This document shows positions 28,618 through 41,325 of a stretch of DNA of 51,148 nucleotides, one piece after another (position 1 is the first letter of the stretch; every line of letters begins with the position of its first letter). Position numbers and translations under genes: made by a program. The stretch comes from an uncultured Candidatus Saccharibacteria bacterium (lineage in GTDB: Bacteria > Patescibacteriota > Minisyncoccia > UBA6257 > 1-14-0-10-40-38), in the NCBI GenBank assembly GCA_964367145.1, contig CAYIWJ010000004.1, positions 1-51,148 on the forward strand, written 5' to 3'. The notes under the pieces were generated by a model, which made no database searches, was not told the DNA's origin, and saw only the letters and a program-made list of their open reading frames with translations.

Positions 28618-29340
28618 ATGGTTATCATTCTTGGTCTCGCAACGGTTGTCTCTACTTTTTTAGGCGGACTTTTCGCTCTACGATTTAGAGACAAACTTCA
28701 TCTCGTGCTCGGCTTTAGCGCCGGCGCCATTATCGGTGTTACCTTTTTTGATCTCTTGCCCGAAGCTATCGAGCTTGGCGGCGAACGCTTTGGCGTCAGC
28801 GCCATCACCTCCATCATCGCCATTGGTTATCTCGCCTTTATGATTTTAGATCGAGTAGTTATGCTTTACGCCCATCATGACGACGAGGGCGAAAAGACAC
28901 ATACTCATCGCGGAACCTTAGGAGCCGGCAGTCTTTCTTTTCATAGCTTGTTAGATGGCATCGCAATCGGTCTCGCCTTTCAGGTTTCTAACGCCGTTGG
29001 CGCCATCATCGCCACCGCCGTTTTAGTGCATGATTTTTCGGATGGCTTAAACACGGTCAACCTTGTTCTCAAAAACCACGGTAGTCATCAAAAAGCGCTC
29101 CGTTGGCTCGTGGTTGATTCCTTAACTCCAGTCCTGGGCGTTATCTCAACCTTATTCTTTAGCGTCCCAACCGAAGTCTTGGGCGTTATCCTAGCAGTTT
29201 TTTGCGGCTTCTTCCTCTACATCGGAACAAGCGACCTGCTCCCCGAAAGCTATCACAATCACCCTCGGCACTTAACTACCGTCATGACCGTAGCCGGAGT
29301 GGTGGTACTCTACATTGCCATCAAACTTGCCGGAGTTTAG
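28618..29340 (+). CDS. ZIP family divalent metal (Zn) transporter
   Basis: GFSAG, DLLPEA, His-rich loop, FHSLLDGIAIG, VHDFSDG, multiple TM helices. Confidence 0.9.
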   Translation: MVIILGLATVVSTFLGGLFALRFRDKLHLVLGFSAGAIIGVTFFDLLPEAIELGGERFGVSAITSIIAIGYLAFMILDRVVMLYAHHDDEGEKTHTHRGTLGAGSLSFHSLLDGIAIGLAFQVSNAVGAIIATAVLVHDFSDGLNTVNLVLKNHGSHQKALRWLVVDSLTPVLGVISTLFFSVPTEVLGVILAVFCGFFLYIGTSDLLPESYHNHPRHLTTVMTVAGVVVLYIAIKLAGV

Positions 29341-29867
29341 GCCGAATCAAGTAATTCCAGACCTTGAAATGCTTCGCGATATGCACGCAAAGCATTCACC
29401 GTTTCTTTCTTAGTTAGAGGCATCTCTGGTTCAGCCGCAACTCGCTCGGAAAACGCGTGCGCCTGTTTAAGCGCCTCAATATTCTTTACAACTTCCGGCG
29501 TTACTTGTTCCAGTCGCTCATAAACGCTCGTTCCCCGATAACCCGCCAATTTCAAAACTTCGTCAAAAATTTTTCCGGCCAGCATGAGCGCTTTACGCCA
29601 ATCTTCGGGATTGTCCGAGCGCACCAAACGTAAAATCTTTTTCCAACCGCGAATTGAATCTTTGCGATATAGATCTCCACCGCGAAAAATTTGGGTGTAG
29701 GCATCATAAAAATCAAAAGCATACTGCGCCTTAATACTTACCACCACGCTCAAAACGATGAATAAAAGCGACAATAAGACCGAAGCAATCTTCAAAGTCG
29801 GCAAAGCCGGACTAAGAATAAACTCAAAAAAAGCCCTAACCTTAAGCAAAAAATCAAGCAAAATCAT
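29337..29867 (-). CDS. Hypothetical membrane-anchored protein
   Basis: 176-aa ORF overlapping the gatA stop; N-terminal TM, helical C-terminal domain. Confidence 0.75.
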   Translation of the reverse strand: MILLDFLLKVRAFFEFILSPALPTLKIASVLLSLLFIVLSVVVSIKAQYAFDFYDAYTQIFRGGDLYRKDSIRGWKKILRLVRSDNPEDWRKALMLAGKIFDEVLKLAGYRGTSVYERLEQVTPEVVKNIEALKQAHAFSERVAAEPEMPLTKKETVNALRAYREAFQGLELLDSA

Positions 29868-31330
29868 AGAGTTTTAAGCGCTACCGCCTGTTCATAATAA
29901 CTGCCGGCATTAATGAGTTTAGCCTCGGCAAAATGTGGCGCCATCAGTTGAAAGCCGATCGGCAAAACGCCGACTGGCAAAGCGGCCGGAATTGAGATCG
30001 CCGGAATACCCGCCAAATTAGCCGGAATCGTAAATATATCCGAAAGATACATAGAAAGCGGGTCACTCGTTTTTTCGCCCAGTTTAAAAGCCGGCGTTGG
30101 TGTCGTCGGTGCCAAAATTAAATCCACCTCACGAAAAGCTTGCAAAAAATCATCTTTAATTAAACGTCGAACCTTCTGCGCCTTGCTGTAATAAGCATCG
30201 TAGTAGCCAGAAGAAAGAACAAAAGTCCCCAAAATAATTCGCCGTTTAGCCTCGCGCCCAAATCCGCGACTTCGATTTTCTAGATAAAGCTCTCCAAGTT
30301 TAGACGACCGACTAACACCAGAAACCGGAGCATAACGTAAGCCGTCAAACCGAGCCAAATTAGAACTTACCTCCGCCGGCATAATAATATAATAATCGGA
30401 AAGGGCGTACTTCGTATGCGGTAAAAAAATCTTTTTGAACTTCACGCCAAAACTTTTATAAACCCCAATCACTCGATCAATCGCTACCCGCACCGACTCT
30501 TCCAGCCCGTCAACAAAATATTCCTCCGGTAAACCAAAAGTCATATTCCGTAATTTCTCAAAATTCAATTCAAAATCGCTCGCCGGATAAGACGGGTCAC
30601 TGGTAGTCGCGTCTTTTAAATCGCGCCCAGCAATCGCCCGAAAAACAATCGCGGCATCAGCCACCGTCCGAGTAATTGGCCCAATCTGATCCAAACTGGA
30701 AGCCATCGCTGTAAGTCCATAGCGCGAAACAGCGCCATAAGTCGGTTTGAGTCCAACCACCCCGCAAAAAGCCGCCGGTTGGCGAATTGATCCACCAGTA
30801 TCCGACCCCAAAGCCGCTAGCGCCATATGTGCCGCAACCGCCGCCGCCGAACCACCCGAAGAACCACCCGGAACACGGGCAATATCATGCGGATTTTTCG
30901 TTTTTTTAAAAGCCGAGTTTTCGGTTGATGATCCCATGGCAAACTCATCCATATTGGTCTTGCCCAAAAAAACCGCTCCCTGCTCTCGCATTCTAGAAAT
31001 AACCGTGGCATCGTACGCGGCGGAATATTCGGCCAAAATTTTTGAGCCTGATGTCGCCAGCTCTCCTTTTACTAAAATAGCGTCCTTGATGCCAAACGGT
31101 ACGCCTGCCAGCAACTTTAAATCCTCGCCTCTCGCTATCGCCAAGTCAGCCTCCTCCGCCTGAAGCATTGCCCCCCGTCCGTTAACCGAGAGATAAGCGC
31201 CAATCTCCGAATCACGGGAGTCAATGTGATCAAGATAAGCCTTGGTGATTTCTCCCGCGCTAAATTCCTTGCGCCGAAAACCCTCGTGCAACGAAGCAAT
31301 GGTTAAATTATGCAAAGAATGGTGCGGCAT
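29864..31330 (-). CDS. gatA: Asp/Glu-tRNA amidotransferase subunit A
   Basis: Amidase signature PGGSSGGSAAAVA, GSDTGGSIRQPA; SSNLARFDG. Confidence 0.98.
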   Translation of the reverse strand: MPHHSLHNLTIASLHEGFRRKEFSAGEITKAYLDHIDSRDSEIGAYLSVNGRGAMLQAEEADLAIARGEDLKLLAGVPFGIKDAILVKGELATSGSKILAEYSAAYDATVISRMREQGAVFLGKTNMDEFAMGSSTENSAFKKTKNPHDIARVPGGSSGGSAAAVAAHMALAALGSDTGGSIRQPAAFCGVVGLKPTYGAVSRYGLTAMASSLDQIGPITRTVADAAIVFRAIAGRDLKDATTSDPSYPASDFELNFEKLRNMTFGLPEEYFVDGLEESVRVAIDRVIGVYKSFGVKFKKIFLPHTKYALSDYYIIMPAEVSSNLARFDGLRYAPVSGVSRSSKLGELYLENRSRGFGREAKRRIILGTFVLSSGYYDAYYSKAQKVRRLIKDDFLQAFREVDLILAPTTPTPAFKLGEKTSDPLSMYLSDIFTIPANLAGIPAISIPAALPVGVLPIGFQLMAPHFAEAKLINAGSYYEQAVALKTL

Positions 31331-31338
31331 AAAAAAAA

Positions 31339-31632
31339 TTACTCAAAAACCGGCGGCACCACCAAAAAACCGTCTCGCTCTTCCGGAAAAGCATCTCTCA
31401 ACTCTTCCGCCGGAAATAATTTAACCCCTGGCGCGTCTTCTCGAAACACATTTTTTAAATCGGTGCCACCGGCTACCGGAACTACGCCATCGGTCGACAA
31501 GGTCACCAGCTCGGCAAAATGATCCAAAATCTTTTTTAGATCAGCCAAAAGAACGGTCGCCTCATCCGGATCAAGACGCAAACGCGCCAATTTCGCCAGA
31601 TGAGCTAATGAAGTGGGTGTAATCTCGGCCAT
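31339..31632 (-). CDS. gatC: Asp/Glu-tRNA amidotransferase subunit C
   Basis: HLAKLARL, NVFRED, FLVVP; upstream of gatA. Confidence 0.92.
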   Translation of the reverse strand: MAEITPTSLAHLAKLARLRLDPDEATVLLADLKKILDHFAELVTLSTDGVVPVAGGTDLKNVFREDAPGVKLFPAEELRDAFPEERDGFLVVPPVFE

Positions 31633-31638
31633 GTTGAT

Positions 31639-32271
31639 TTAAGCGGCGTGGGAGTATTTTAACTCAAACATCAAACTACTAACAATATTCTCCGCCTGAC
31701 GCTTCATAAAATCAGCCCGCTTCTCTGCGTCCATTGCGGTATAATCTTCAAACGATGGCAGGTACAAAACCGCATTAGCCTTACCACCATGCTCCGCCTT
31801 GTCTGGATTTTGAGTTAGATCAAGCGTAACCACGGCTTGTCTATAACCCTCTGCTAGCGAACGCTGGTTTAACGGAACCGAAAATTCAAAAAATGAGTCC
31901 ACTCCATGCAAACGATCTAAATGACTGCCCAAAGCGTTGAACATTCTAACTCCATGTTTTGTAAAAGCATCTTGCAAAGCCCCAGCAACCAATGGGGATA
32001 AATCATCTTGATGTTCCGTAAGACGCCTCTCCAACTCCTCGCAAACGGCAAAGTGAAGATCGTTTGGAAAAGAGGTCGGCTTGGCCGGTGGATCATTCGG
32101 ATCCCAGTCCTCCGGCTGATTATCTCTAACCAGCTTCATCGCTTCACGAAAATTAAGATATCGACCGTCATAGCGCGCCTCGTGTGGCACCCCATACCCC
32201 AACAAATCCCACTCCAGCTCGTGGCCAGTATATTTCTTTTCCGGTCTCATCAGACCGCCTTCGCGTAACAT
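31639..32271 (-). CDS. Hypothetical protein
   Basis: 210-aa ORF between ligA and gatC; LDRLHGVDSFF...VTLDLT may hint at a PD-(D/E)XK-like fold. Confidence 0.7.
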   Translation of the reverse strand: MLREGGLMRPEKKYTGHELEWDLLGYGVPHEARYDGRYLNFREAMKLVRDNQPEDWDPNDPPAKPTSFPNDLHFAVCEELERRLTEHQDDLSPLVAGALQDAFTKHGVRMFNALGSHLDRLHGVDSFFEFSVPLNQRSLAEGYRQAVVTLDLTQNPDKAEHGGKANAVLYLPSFEDYTAMDAEKRADFMKRQAENIVSSLMFELKYSHAA

Positions 32272-32282
32272 ACCCCATCATC

Positions 32283-34352
<2,070 letters not shown>

Positions 34353-34397
34353 CTAAAACTATAACAAGAATCGCCTCAAACTAAAACCTTGAGACGC

Positions 34398-34868
34398 TTA
34401 AAAATCGGCTCGAAAAGCTCGGAATGAATTTGAGGACTGTCCGGTGGAGCGAATCACCCCAAGCGTAACCGGCAACGAACCGGAACCGGGGCGATATTCG
34501 ATTGAAGTCACGAACTTGGCGCCATTGGTGAGCGGACTCGGAATTGTAAAACAAGCCGGCGTCGTAGGATAAGACCCGGGAACCACAAAAAGATCTGGCG
34601 ATGGAGCATGACAATTATCAAAATCTTTAAACCAACGATAGAACTCCATCTCAAGTCCGGCATCTGCGGCATAAATCGCCTGCGCCGAACGCGCCACATC
34701 CCCCGCCTGTCTTAACTGATAAAGCGTCAGCAATCCAGCAATAACGGTAACGCTTAAAAGCGCGCCGGAAAGAATCAGCACCGAAAACAATAACACTTGC
34801 CCTTGTTGGGCTATTTTTTTTGTTTGGGCCGAAGGTTTGAACAAGTTGTTAAAAATAAATCTAAGCAT
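34398..34868 (-). CDS. PilX-like minor pilin
   Basis: QQG|QVLLFSVLIL N-terminal helix; SAQAIYAADAGLE. Confidence 0.75.
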   Translation of the reverse strand: MLRFIFNNLFKPSAQTKKIAQQGQVLLFSVLILSGALLSVTVIAGLLTLYQLRQAGDVARSAQAIYAADAGLEMEFYRWFKDFDNCHAPSPDLFVVPGSYPTTPACFTIPSPLTNGAKFVTSIEYRPGSGSLPVTLGVIRSTGQSSNSFRAFRADF

Positions 34869-34873
34869 ATAAA

Positions 34874-35392
34874 TTAGGAATCTAGTAAACGCGGACTCAC
34901 GACGGTTTGATAGTGATTAACCACTCCGGCCGCCTCCGAAGCCACAGTGCTCACGCTAAGCACAATAGCAACTCTAGGTTGCAAGCCATCTGCCCCACTT
35001 GGCGATGCTCCGGTTAGCAAAAAATCCAACCGATCAACCCGAACATTGTTACCGGTAATATGGCGTATCGGACCCTGGGCAACAGATCGCCCAATGGCAT
35101 TTTGATCCAAGACATATTGCACCGCCTCCCCCTTAGCATTAAAAAAATTCAATCCTCCCTGCGCCAAAGAAAAACCTGAACCGGTACGAATCTCACGCGC
35201 CACCTGCTCCAGCGCCAGACTGGCATTGTCATTCATGGCTATAAGCGCCACTACCGCTCGTTGGGTACGCAAAAGTTTTACAAAAATACCGACTGCTAAA
35301 GCCATTACCATACCAAAAATACCGACTGCCACGATTAGCTCAACCAAAGTAAATCCTAGACGCGACTCTAATTTTTTAGTAAAAAGAATCAT
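34874..35392 (-). CDS. PilW-like minor pilin
   Basis: G|FTLVELIVAV prepilin motif; LEQVAREIR. Confidence 0.85.
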   Translation of the reverse strand: MILFTKKLESRLGFTLVELIVAVGIFGMVMALAVGIFVKLLRTQRAVVALIAMNDNASLALEQVAREIRTGSGFSLAQGGLNFFNAKGEAVQYVLDQNAIGRSVAQGPIRHITGNNVRVDRLDFLLTGASPSGADGLQPRVAIVLSVSTVASEAAGVVNHYQTVVSPRLLDS

Positions 35393-35401
35393 AGATTTAA
35401 T

Positions 35402-35983
35402 TTAGGGTCGCCAATCGGTAAAAACATCTTCCAACGCCACCGAATAGTCGGTACCGCGAATTGACCACCAAACTGTGGAAACAACGTTTATAGAATTAGG
35501 ACTCGCCGCTGGCAACCAGGTAATCGCTATCTCGCGCTTGTAGATTGACGGTGTCGCGAGGGACTGCCCATCATCAATACCGGCGCCACCGGCGTTTGAA
35601 GTATAGAAATAATGACCGCTCTGTTCACCAAACGACAAAAAGCGAGCCTGCCCAGGCACGATCGGCGTAAGCGCTCCATCGTTAAAATCCATCTCAAAAG
35701 TTCCCGGTCCCATGCTCTGATTCCAAGGCGTCAATGAGTTGGCTCCGCCGGTCGCTCCGCGAGTGATGGCATTTTTGTCTAAAAGATTTTTAACCAACTC
35801 CACCCCCTCACTCGCCAGGTGAACGGCAACATACTGGCTTGAGACAAGTTTTGTAGCGGCCAGTGATTTGGAAAGCAAGACAAAAAGACCCAAAATTCCG
35901 GTCACCATCACCGCGATCGCGACCATAGATTCCACAATCAATTGTCCGCGTCTATCATTAAGATTTTTTTTAAAAAACTTCAT
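35402..35983 (-). CDS. PilV-like minor pilin
   Basis: RG|QLIVESMVAI; LASEGVELVKN. Confidence 0.8.
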   Translation of the reverse strand: MKFFKKNLNDRRGQLIVESMVAIAVMVTGILGLFVLLSKSLAATKLVSSQYVAVHLASEGVELVKNLLDKNAITRGATGGANSLTPWNQSMGPGTFEMDFNDGALTPIVPGQARFLSFGEQSGHYFYTSNAGGAGIDDGQSLATPSIYKREIAITWLPAASPNSINVVSTVWWSIRGTDYSVALEDVFTDWRP

Positions 35984-35986
35984 AGA

Positions 35987-36613
35987 CTATTGAATAGAAA
36001 CCTGCCCGCCCGAACCGATATCAATTCGCGATGAGGTGCTCCCGTCGGCTAGCGAAAGAATAATCGCCATCGAATCTCCCGAAAGTCCCGGATCAAAAAA
36101 AACAGTCGGATCTGGCGGCACAAAAAGAACTTCACCGGAAACCCCCGGGCAAGTCAGCGACTCATCAGCGCCAGTCGCCAAATTGGCATCCGACGGAAAA
36201 CAAACCTGAATCTGCAGGCGAGGATCAAGTACAGCCACCGAAAAATCTTCATCAGTACCGGAATATTTTGGGCCAAAAGCCAAGGAGCCGCTACAATCAA
36301 TCGGCGGTGGCGCTCCACTTACAAGCGGCGGCTGAGGCGCGGGAAAATCACGAAAAAGCGTATAGCCAGCGCTGGTAAATCTGACGCCATAACCGCAAAC
36401 CGGCAAGCCGTCGCGAAAAGTTTGAATCGCTAGCGCCTTACTGCGCAAAACAGTCTGTACCAAAGCCGCTCGAGCGGTAGACAAAACAATTTGCTGTTCG
36501 CTCTTGCGCGAATACTGAATAGAAATCGTAATCAGCATTCCCAAAACAGCCGCCACTACCAAAACCTCAACCGTAGAAAATCCAAATTTCGATTTATCTG
36601 ACAAAAAACGCAT
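35987..36613 (-). CDS. FimT/FimU-like minor pilin
   Basis: G|FSTVEVLVV; CGYGVRF; start at ATG 36613. Confidence 0.78.
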   Translation of the reverse strand: MRFLSDKSKFGFSTVEVLVVAAVLGMLITISIQYSRKSEQQIVLSTARAALVQTVLRSKALAIQTFRDGLPVCGYGVRFTSAGYTLFRDFPAPQPPLVSGAPPPIDCSGSLAFGPKYSGTDEDFSVAVLDPRLQIQVCFPSDANLATGADESLTCPGVSGEVLFVPPDPTVFFDPGLSGDSMAIILSLADGSTSSRIDIGSGGQVSIQ

Positions 36614-36677
36614 AAGCTTAGTATAATCCCCGCGACCCAAAATACCAAAAGGCGAAACCATTGCTCCAAGTTAAAAA

Positions 36678-37568
36678 TCAAAGCCCAAAAAAACGCAGAT
36701 AGCCAGTAAAAATCGCCTCCCCAAAGAAAAAAACCAAGACCGAACCCAACGCCAAAAACGGCCCAAACGGAATACCATCACGAAATCCTTTTTTCCGGAG
36801 AAAGATTAGCCCCAGACCGCAAATGGCGCCAATGACTACCGCCAACATCAAAATTAACAAGATATCAGGCCAGCCAAAAAGAAAACCAAGTGCCACCGCG
36901 AGCTTCACATCCCCAAAACCCATGCCTCGACCCCGCGACAAGGCCCAAACCGAACCAAACACCCCACCGCCAACCAATGCCGCCAAAATATGATTCCAAA
37001 AAATATTCTCGCGAAAAGCAAAAATTCCTGCTGAGCTTCCCAAAAATGAACCGCTAAAAGAACCAAAAAGCTCATATTGTCGCAAAAAAAGAATTTGAAT
37101 GAGCCCCAGGATAGTAATAAAAACAACCACCTGGTCAGGAATAATCATCAAGCGCAAATCAATAAGCGACATCAAGAGCAACGCCAGTCCCACCAAAACC
37201 CACAGTGATACTGTAGAAATAAACGCCCCCCCATAAAGAGCGAGGCGCGGCGTCAGAGCGTAAAAAGATGTCAAAAATAACGGCACCGCCACAAAATAGA
37301 TTCCGGTCAGTAATTCCACCCAAAAATATTGGGAAGAGATCGCTTTTCCGCAACTACGACATTTTCCCCTCTGCCACAAAAAGCCCGCCAACGGAATAAG
37401 CTCAAAAGCTGAAAGTTTATTACTGCAATGCGGACAGTGAGAGCGCCCAAGCAACGAATGCCGGGAAAAAATAGGTCGCTCCGGGTCATAACGCACCGCC
37501 AATACATTTAGAAAACTGCCGACAGCCAGACCCACAAAAAAAAGCAAAAGTGAAATAAAAAAACTCAT
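36678..37568 (-). CDS. pilD: Prepilin peptidase (A24)
   Basis: GSFLNV, RSHCPHC...GKCRSC, IDL...IPD, GMGFGDVKL, IPFGPFL. Confidence 0.96.
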   Translation of the reverse strand: MSFFISLLLFFVGLAVGSFLNVLAVRYDPERPIFSRHSLLGRSHCPHCSNKLSAFELIPLAGFLWQRGKCRSCGKAISSQYFWVELLTGIYFVAVPLFLTSFYALTPRLALYGGAFISTVSLWVLVGLALLLMSLIDLRLMIIPDQVVVFITILGLIQILFLRQYELFGSFSGSFLGSSAGIFAFRENIFWNHILAALVGGGVFGSVWALSRGRGMGFGDVKLAVALGFLFGWPDILLILMLAVVIGAICGLGLIFLRKKGFRDGIPFGPFLALGSVLVFFFGEAIFTGYLRFFGL

Positions 37569-38026
37569 AAGCCACCACGAACACAATAGGCCGCCGTCAC
37601 CGTATCATCGCAAGTTAAAGAACCAAAAGTGCCGTCAATATCATTCTGCAAAACTGGATTGGAAATATCTTCAAGCATCGCCTTTAAAACATAAAAATCC
37701 TGTACTCCTGAATTCGTGTAATAACTATAAACATTAACCCCGCTGTTTAGCGGATCGGTAGGGATTCGACCAGCTCCGCTGTTATTAAGAGCTGTCGTGA
37801 GAGCAATCCAATTGCCGGTGTTATTGGGATAGACTCCATTCCGACTGATATAAAACTCCAAAGCATTTTGCACTGTACGCAAATCGGCAATCCGCCGCGC
37901 GTCCCGACCCTTAAGACGTGCGCCCCCCAAACCCAAAAGAACTACCGAAGCCAAAAGCCCAACAATGGCTATGGCAACTAGTAGTTCTATGAGTGTAAAA
38001 CCTCGTCTGGAAGAAATTAGAGACAT
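37565..38026 (-). CDS. Type IV pilin / GspG-like pilin
   Basis: RG|FTLIELLVAIAIVG; RDARRIADL; C-terminal Cys pair. Confidence 0.9.
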   Translation of the reverse strand: MSLISSRRGFTLIELLVAIAIVGLLASVVLLGLGGARLKGRDARRIADLRTVQNALEFYISRNGVYPNNTGNWIALTTALNNSGAGRIPTDPLNSGVNVYSYYTNSGVQDFYVLKAMLEDISNPVLQNDIDGTFGSLTCDDTVTAAYCVRGGL

Positions 38027-38051
38027 CAGACCAAGGAATTAATTGAAAAGC

Positions 38052-38483
38052 TTAGAGGGAAACACAATAGGTAAGATCGGTCGGACCAGCCGTTCCGCAG
38101 TTAAGAGTGTTCGAAGTACCGTCAATATCGTTATTTAGCGCCTGGTTACCCGCATCCTCCAATTGAGCGCTAAGAGTATATGTAGTTGCAGGACTGGCCA
38201 CTCCATAACCATAAGCCGCGCCAGCTGGATCATTAGGAACTACAGACACACCGACGCCTGCAGTGGTCAAAACGCTAAGCGTTGCCGGATAAACACCATT
38301 TTTGGTGAAATAAGCCTCCAAACCAACTTGAATCTGCCTCAAATCCGCGATTCTCTTCGCATCCCGTCCCGAACGTCGCGCACCACCCAAACCGACCAAA
38401 ACCACCGAAGCCAAAAGTCCAATGATGGCGATAACCACCAACAACTCAATAATCGTAAAACCTTTCTTGAATTTTGTAGTCAT
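38052..38483 (-). CDS. Type IV pilin (probable major pilin)
   Basis: KG|FTIIELLVVIAIIG; RDAKRIADL; own promoter TGG-TATAAT at 38580-38588; start ATG 38483. Confidence 0.9.
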   Translation of the reverse strand: MTTKFKKGFTIIELLVVIAIIGLLASVVLVGLGGARRSGRDAKRIADLRQIQVGLEAYFTKNGVYPATLSVLTTAGVGVSVVPNDPAGAAYGYGVASPATTYTLSAQLEDAGNQALNNDIDGTSNTLNCGTAGPTDLTYCVSL

Positions 38484-38745
38484 TATAGTTGAAGTAATTT
38501 TTACCGAAACAATCGAAATATCTTTGTAAATTAAACTTTCCCAAAACAATAGAAACCGACCTTTCAAAGATTTGAACTGATTATACCACGGCCAAAACCC
38601 AAAACCGCAAATAAGATATTCACAGGTCGTCGGGTGGGATTTAGGGTAAAGGGGGTGGGTTCTAGACAATCAACGGATTCAGTATTTGCGATATAAAAAG
38701 CAAGATGAGAAAAAAGTAATCTGCTAAGTGGCGTCTACAACAAAA

Positions 38746-38869
38746 ACTTTTCTATATTTTTTGCGAAGTACGAGGAGTGAGTGAGTAAGGAAAAAGGTGC
38801 ACTTTGATAAAGTGCGTCGATTGAGTAACGGAGCGAACGACAAAGTAATTCGCAAAAAAGATGAAAAGT
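38746..38869 (+). repeat. Palindromic structured repeat family A, copy 3
   Basis: TTTTTTGCGAA...GAGGAG...GAGTAA...GTGCACTTT/AAAGTGCGT...CGACAAAG...TTCGCAAAAAA. Confidence 0.8.
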
Positions 38870-38871
38870 CC

Positions 38872-40080
38872 CTAGAACTTCTGAATAAGGCTGTAGAGGG
38901 GGTATAACACCGACGCAAAAAGGGTTCCCACTGCTCCGCCGATCACCACAATCAAAGCCGGTTGAATAAACTCCACCAAATTATCAATCACCGTATCTAC
39001 CTCACGCGAATAAAACCGAAAAACCCGAATAAACATATCCTCCAGCTTTCCGGTCTTCTCTCCAACCGCTACCATTTGGGTCAAAAGCGGCAAAAAATAA
39101 CGCGGATTTTTGTCTAAGGCTTGCGATAACAGTTCACCTCTTCGCACCCCTTCGGCCACTTCGTGCAACATCTCGCCGTAAAAAGTACTGCCAATAGTTC
39201 TACTAGTAATTTCCATCGCCTGCGCGATTGGAATTCCGCCCTTAATCAACACGCTGGCCGTCTCGGAAAACCGCGCCAGATAAAGCTTCTTAAAAAGACC
39301 GCCGATAATCGGAGCCTGCAAAGAAAATTGATCAATCAAGGCTCGCCCTTCGGCGGTTTTAGCGTAAGCATAAACCCCCGTCGCCAAAAAGATAAAAGTT
39401 GCCACCACGGCCACCCACCACTCGCTCAAAAAAGTTCCGGAATTGAGCAAAATCTTAGTCAAAAACGGAAGCTCAACCTGGGTTTCGGTAAAAATCGGCG
39501 TGATCTGAGGAAAAACTAATCCAACCAAAATCCCACCGACTACAAAAAACAACAGAATAACAAACACCGGATAGATCATGGCGTTCTTGACCTTGGTCGT
39601 GAGCACAAACTCCTTTTCCAAGTGGTCAGCCAAAAATTGCATTGCCTCTTCAATTCGGCCAGTCACCTCCGCCGAACGAATCAAATTAACATAAAATTCG
39701 GAAAAGACCGCGCTTTGCCGCTCCATCGCCTGCGACAAAGACAGTCCGGCATCAATATCCGCCGAAACCTCAAAAATCGCCTCTTTTAAAATCGGATTTT
39801 TCGTTTGGGAAAAAAGTGTCCGCAAACCCTCGTCAATTCGGACTTTGGCCTCAAGCAGAGTCGCAAACTGACGGGTAAAAATAACCAGATCCTTCGCCTT
39901 AACTCGATTTAAAAAATTAAAGAGCGCCTTAAAAGTTCGGTGCTCGCGGACACTTTCTAGTGAAAGCACATACAAGCCATGACCGGTTAAAATATTGGAC
40001 GCGGCGTCCTGATGGAGCGCCTCAACGTAGCCCACCTGAAGTTCACCTGATTTAGTTCGCGCGCTATAACGGAATTTCAT
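38872..40080 (-). CDS. pilC: Type IV pilus platform protein (GspF family)
   Basis: FTRQFATLL, AEVTGRIE, AMIYP, VGEKTGKLE. Confidence 0.95.
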   Translation of the reverse strand: MKFRYSARTKSGELQVGYVEALHQDAASNILTGHGLYVLSLESVREHRTFKALFNFLNRVKAKDLVIFTRQFATLLEAKVRIDEGLRTLFSQTKNPILKEAIFEVSADIDAGLSLSQAMERQSAVFSEFYVNLIRSAEVTGRIEEAMQFLADHLEKEFVLTTKVKNAMIYPVFVILLFFVVGGILVGLVFPQITPIFTETQVELPFLTKILLNSGTFLSEWWVAVVATFIFLATGVYAYAKTAEGRALIDQFSLQAPIIGGLFKKLYLARFSETASVLIKGGIPIAQAMEITSRTIGSTFYGEMLHEVAEGVRRGELLSQALDKNPRYFLPLLTQMVAVGEKTGKLEDMFIRVFRFYSREVDTVIDNLVEFIQPALIVVIGGAVGTLFASVLYPLYSLIQKF

Positions 40081-40177
40081 AATATGGATATCAACCACTA
40101 ACAAACCCTTTGCGAATATACGAATTTAAAAATGGATTGAAACATTCAAAAATGCCCATCCACCATCCGCCGATGTC

Positions 40178-41251
40178 TTACACTCTATCCAATAATATCT
40201 TTAACTCAGACGGATTCATAGAATAAAGCTCGCCATTCTCCAGCGAGATTTCCTTCCGCTTTACGAGCGTCGCGAGCGACCGGTTTAGCGTTACCATTCC
40301 TTCCTGCAAAGAAGTCTCAATCACGAGATCAATCTGATATGCTTTGCGTTCGCGAATCAAGTTTCGAATCGCTGAATTCACAATCATAATCTCGCAAGCC
40401 GGAACCCGACCGCCATTTATCCTGGGCACCAAACGCTCGGATACAATGGCCACCAAAGTCGCCGCCAACTGCGACGTTACCTGGCTTTGTTGATCCGCCG
40501 GAAAGGTGTCTATAATTCGGTCAATCGTCTGCGCCGCCGAATTAGTGTGAAGCGTGGAAAAAACCAAATGACCAGTCTCCGCCGCGGTCATCGCCGTAGC
40601 GATAGACGAAGGATCCCGCATCTCACCCACCATAATCACATCTGGATCTTGTCGCAAAATAGAACGCAAACCAGCGGTAAAAGACACGGTATCCGCTCCC
40701 ACTTCGCGTTGCGATATAATTGCCCGATCCTGAATGAATAAATACTCAATCGGATCTTCAATCGTTATAATGTGATCCATTCGGTTGTGGTTAACCTCAT
40801 CAAGCAATGCCGCGAGCGTAGTGGACTTGCCATGCCCCGCCGGACCGACAACCAAGATAAACCCTTGGGATAATTTGGTAAAATCGTGCAAAATTGGAGG
40901 CAAACCCAGGGTCTCAATATTGCGAACCTCCGCCGGAATCAAGCGCAATGCCGCAGCCTTAAAACCACGTTGGTTATAAACGTTCACGCGAAAACGAGCC
41001 TTGTCCTCAAAGGCAAAAGAAAAATCAAACTCTTTATTCTGCAAAAAAAGCTCCTTTTGTTCCGGAGTAAGTAAGGCCATGATCAAACCTTCGGCAACTT
41101 CCGGCGTAATCGCCGGTTCTTTCTGGAGTGGAATCAAAACCCCGTCAATTCTCAAGGTCGGTTTGCGCCCAACCGAGATATGAAGATCGGAAGCGTTCTG
41201 CCGCGCCGTGGTCAAAAGCAAGTCACTCAATTTTTGTTGTATTTCATCCAT
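40178..41251 (-). CDS. pilT: Type IV pilus retraction ATPase
   Basis: ASDLHI, GPAGHGKSTT, TIEDPIE, LRQDPDVIMVGEMRD, AIRNLIRE. Confidence 0.96.
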   Translation of the reverse strand: MDEIQQKLSDLLLTTARQNASDLHISVGRKPTLRIDGVLIPLQKEPAITPEVAEGLIMALLTPEQKELFLQNKEFDFSFAFEDKARFRVNVYNQRGFKAAALRLIPAEVRNIETLGLPPILHDFTKLSQGFILVVGPAGHGKSTTLAALLDEVNHNRMDHIITIEDPIEYLFIQDRAIISQREVGADTVSFTAGLRSILRQDPDVIMVGEMRDPSSIATAMTAAETGHLVFSTLHTNSAAQTIDRIIDTFPADQQSQVTSQLAATLVAIVSERLVPRINGGRVPACEIMIVNSAIRNLIRERKAYQIDLVIETSLQEGMVTLNRSLATLVKRKEISLENGELYSMNPSELKILLDRV

Positions 41252-41325
41252 ATTCAAAGTATATATCAGACTGGTAAAATATGTTCTTCACACCCGTTTG
41301 CAAAATCGGATATTCCAACTGCCAG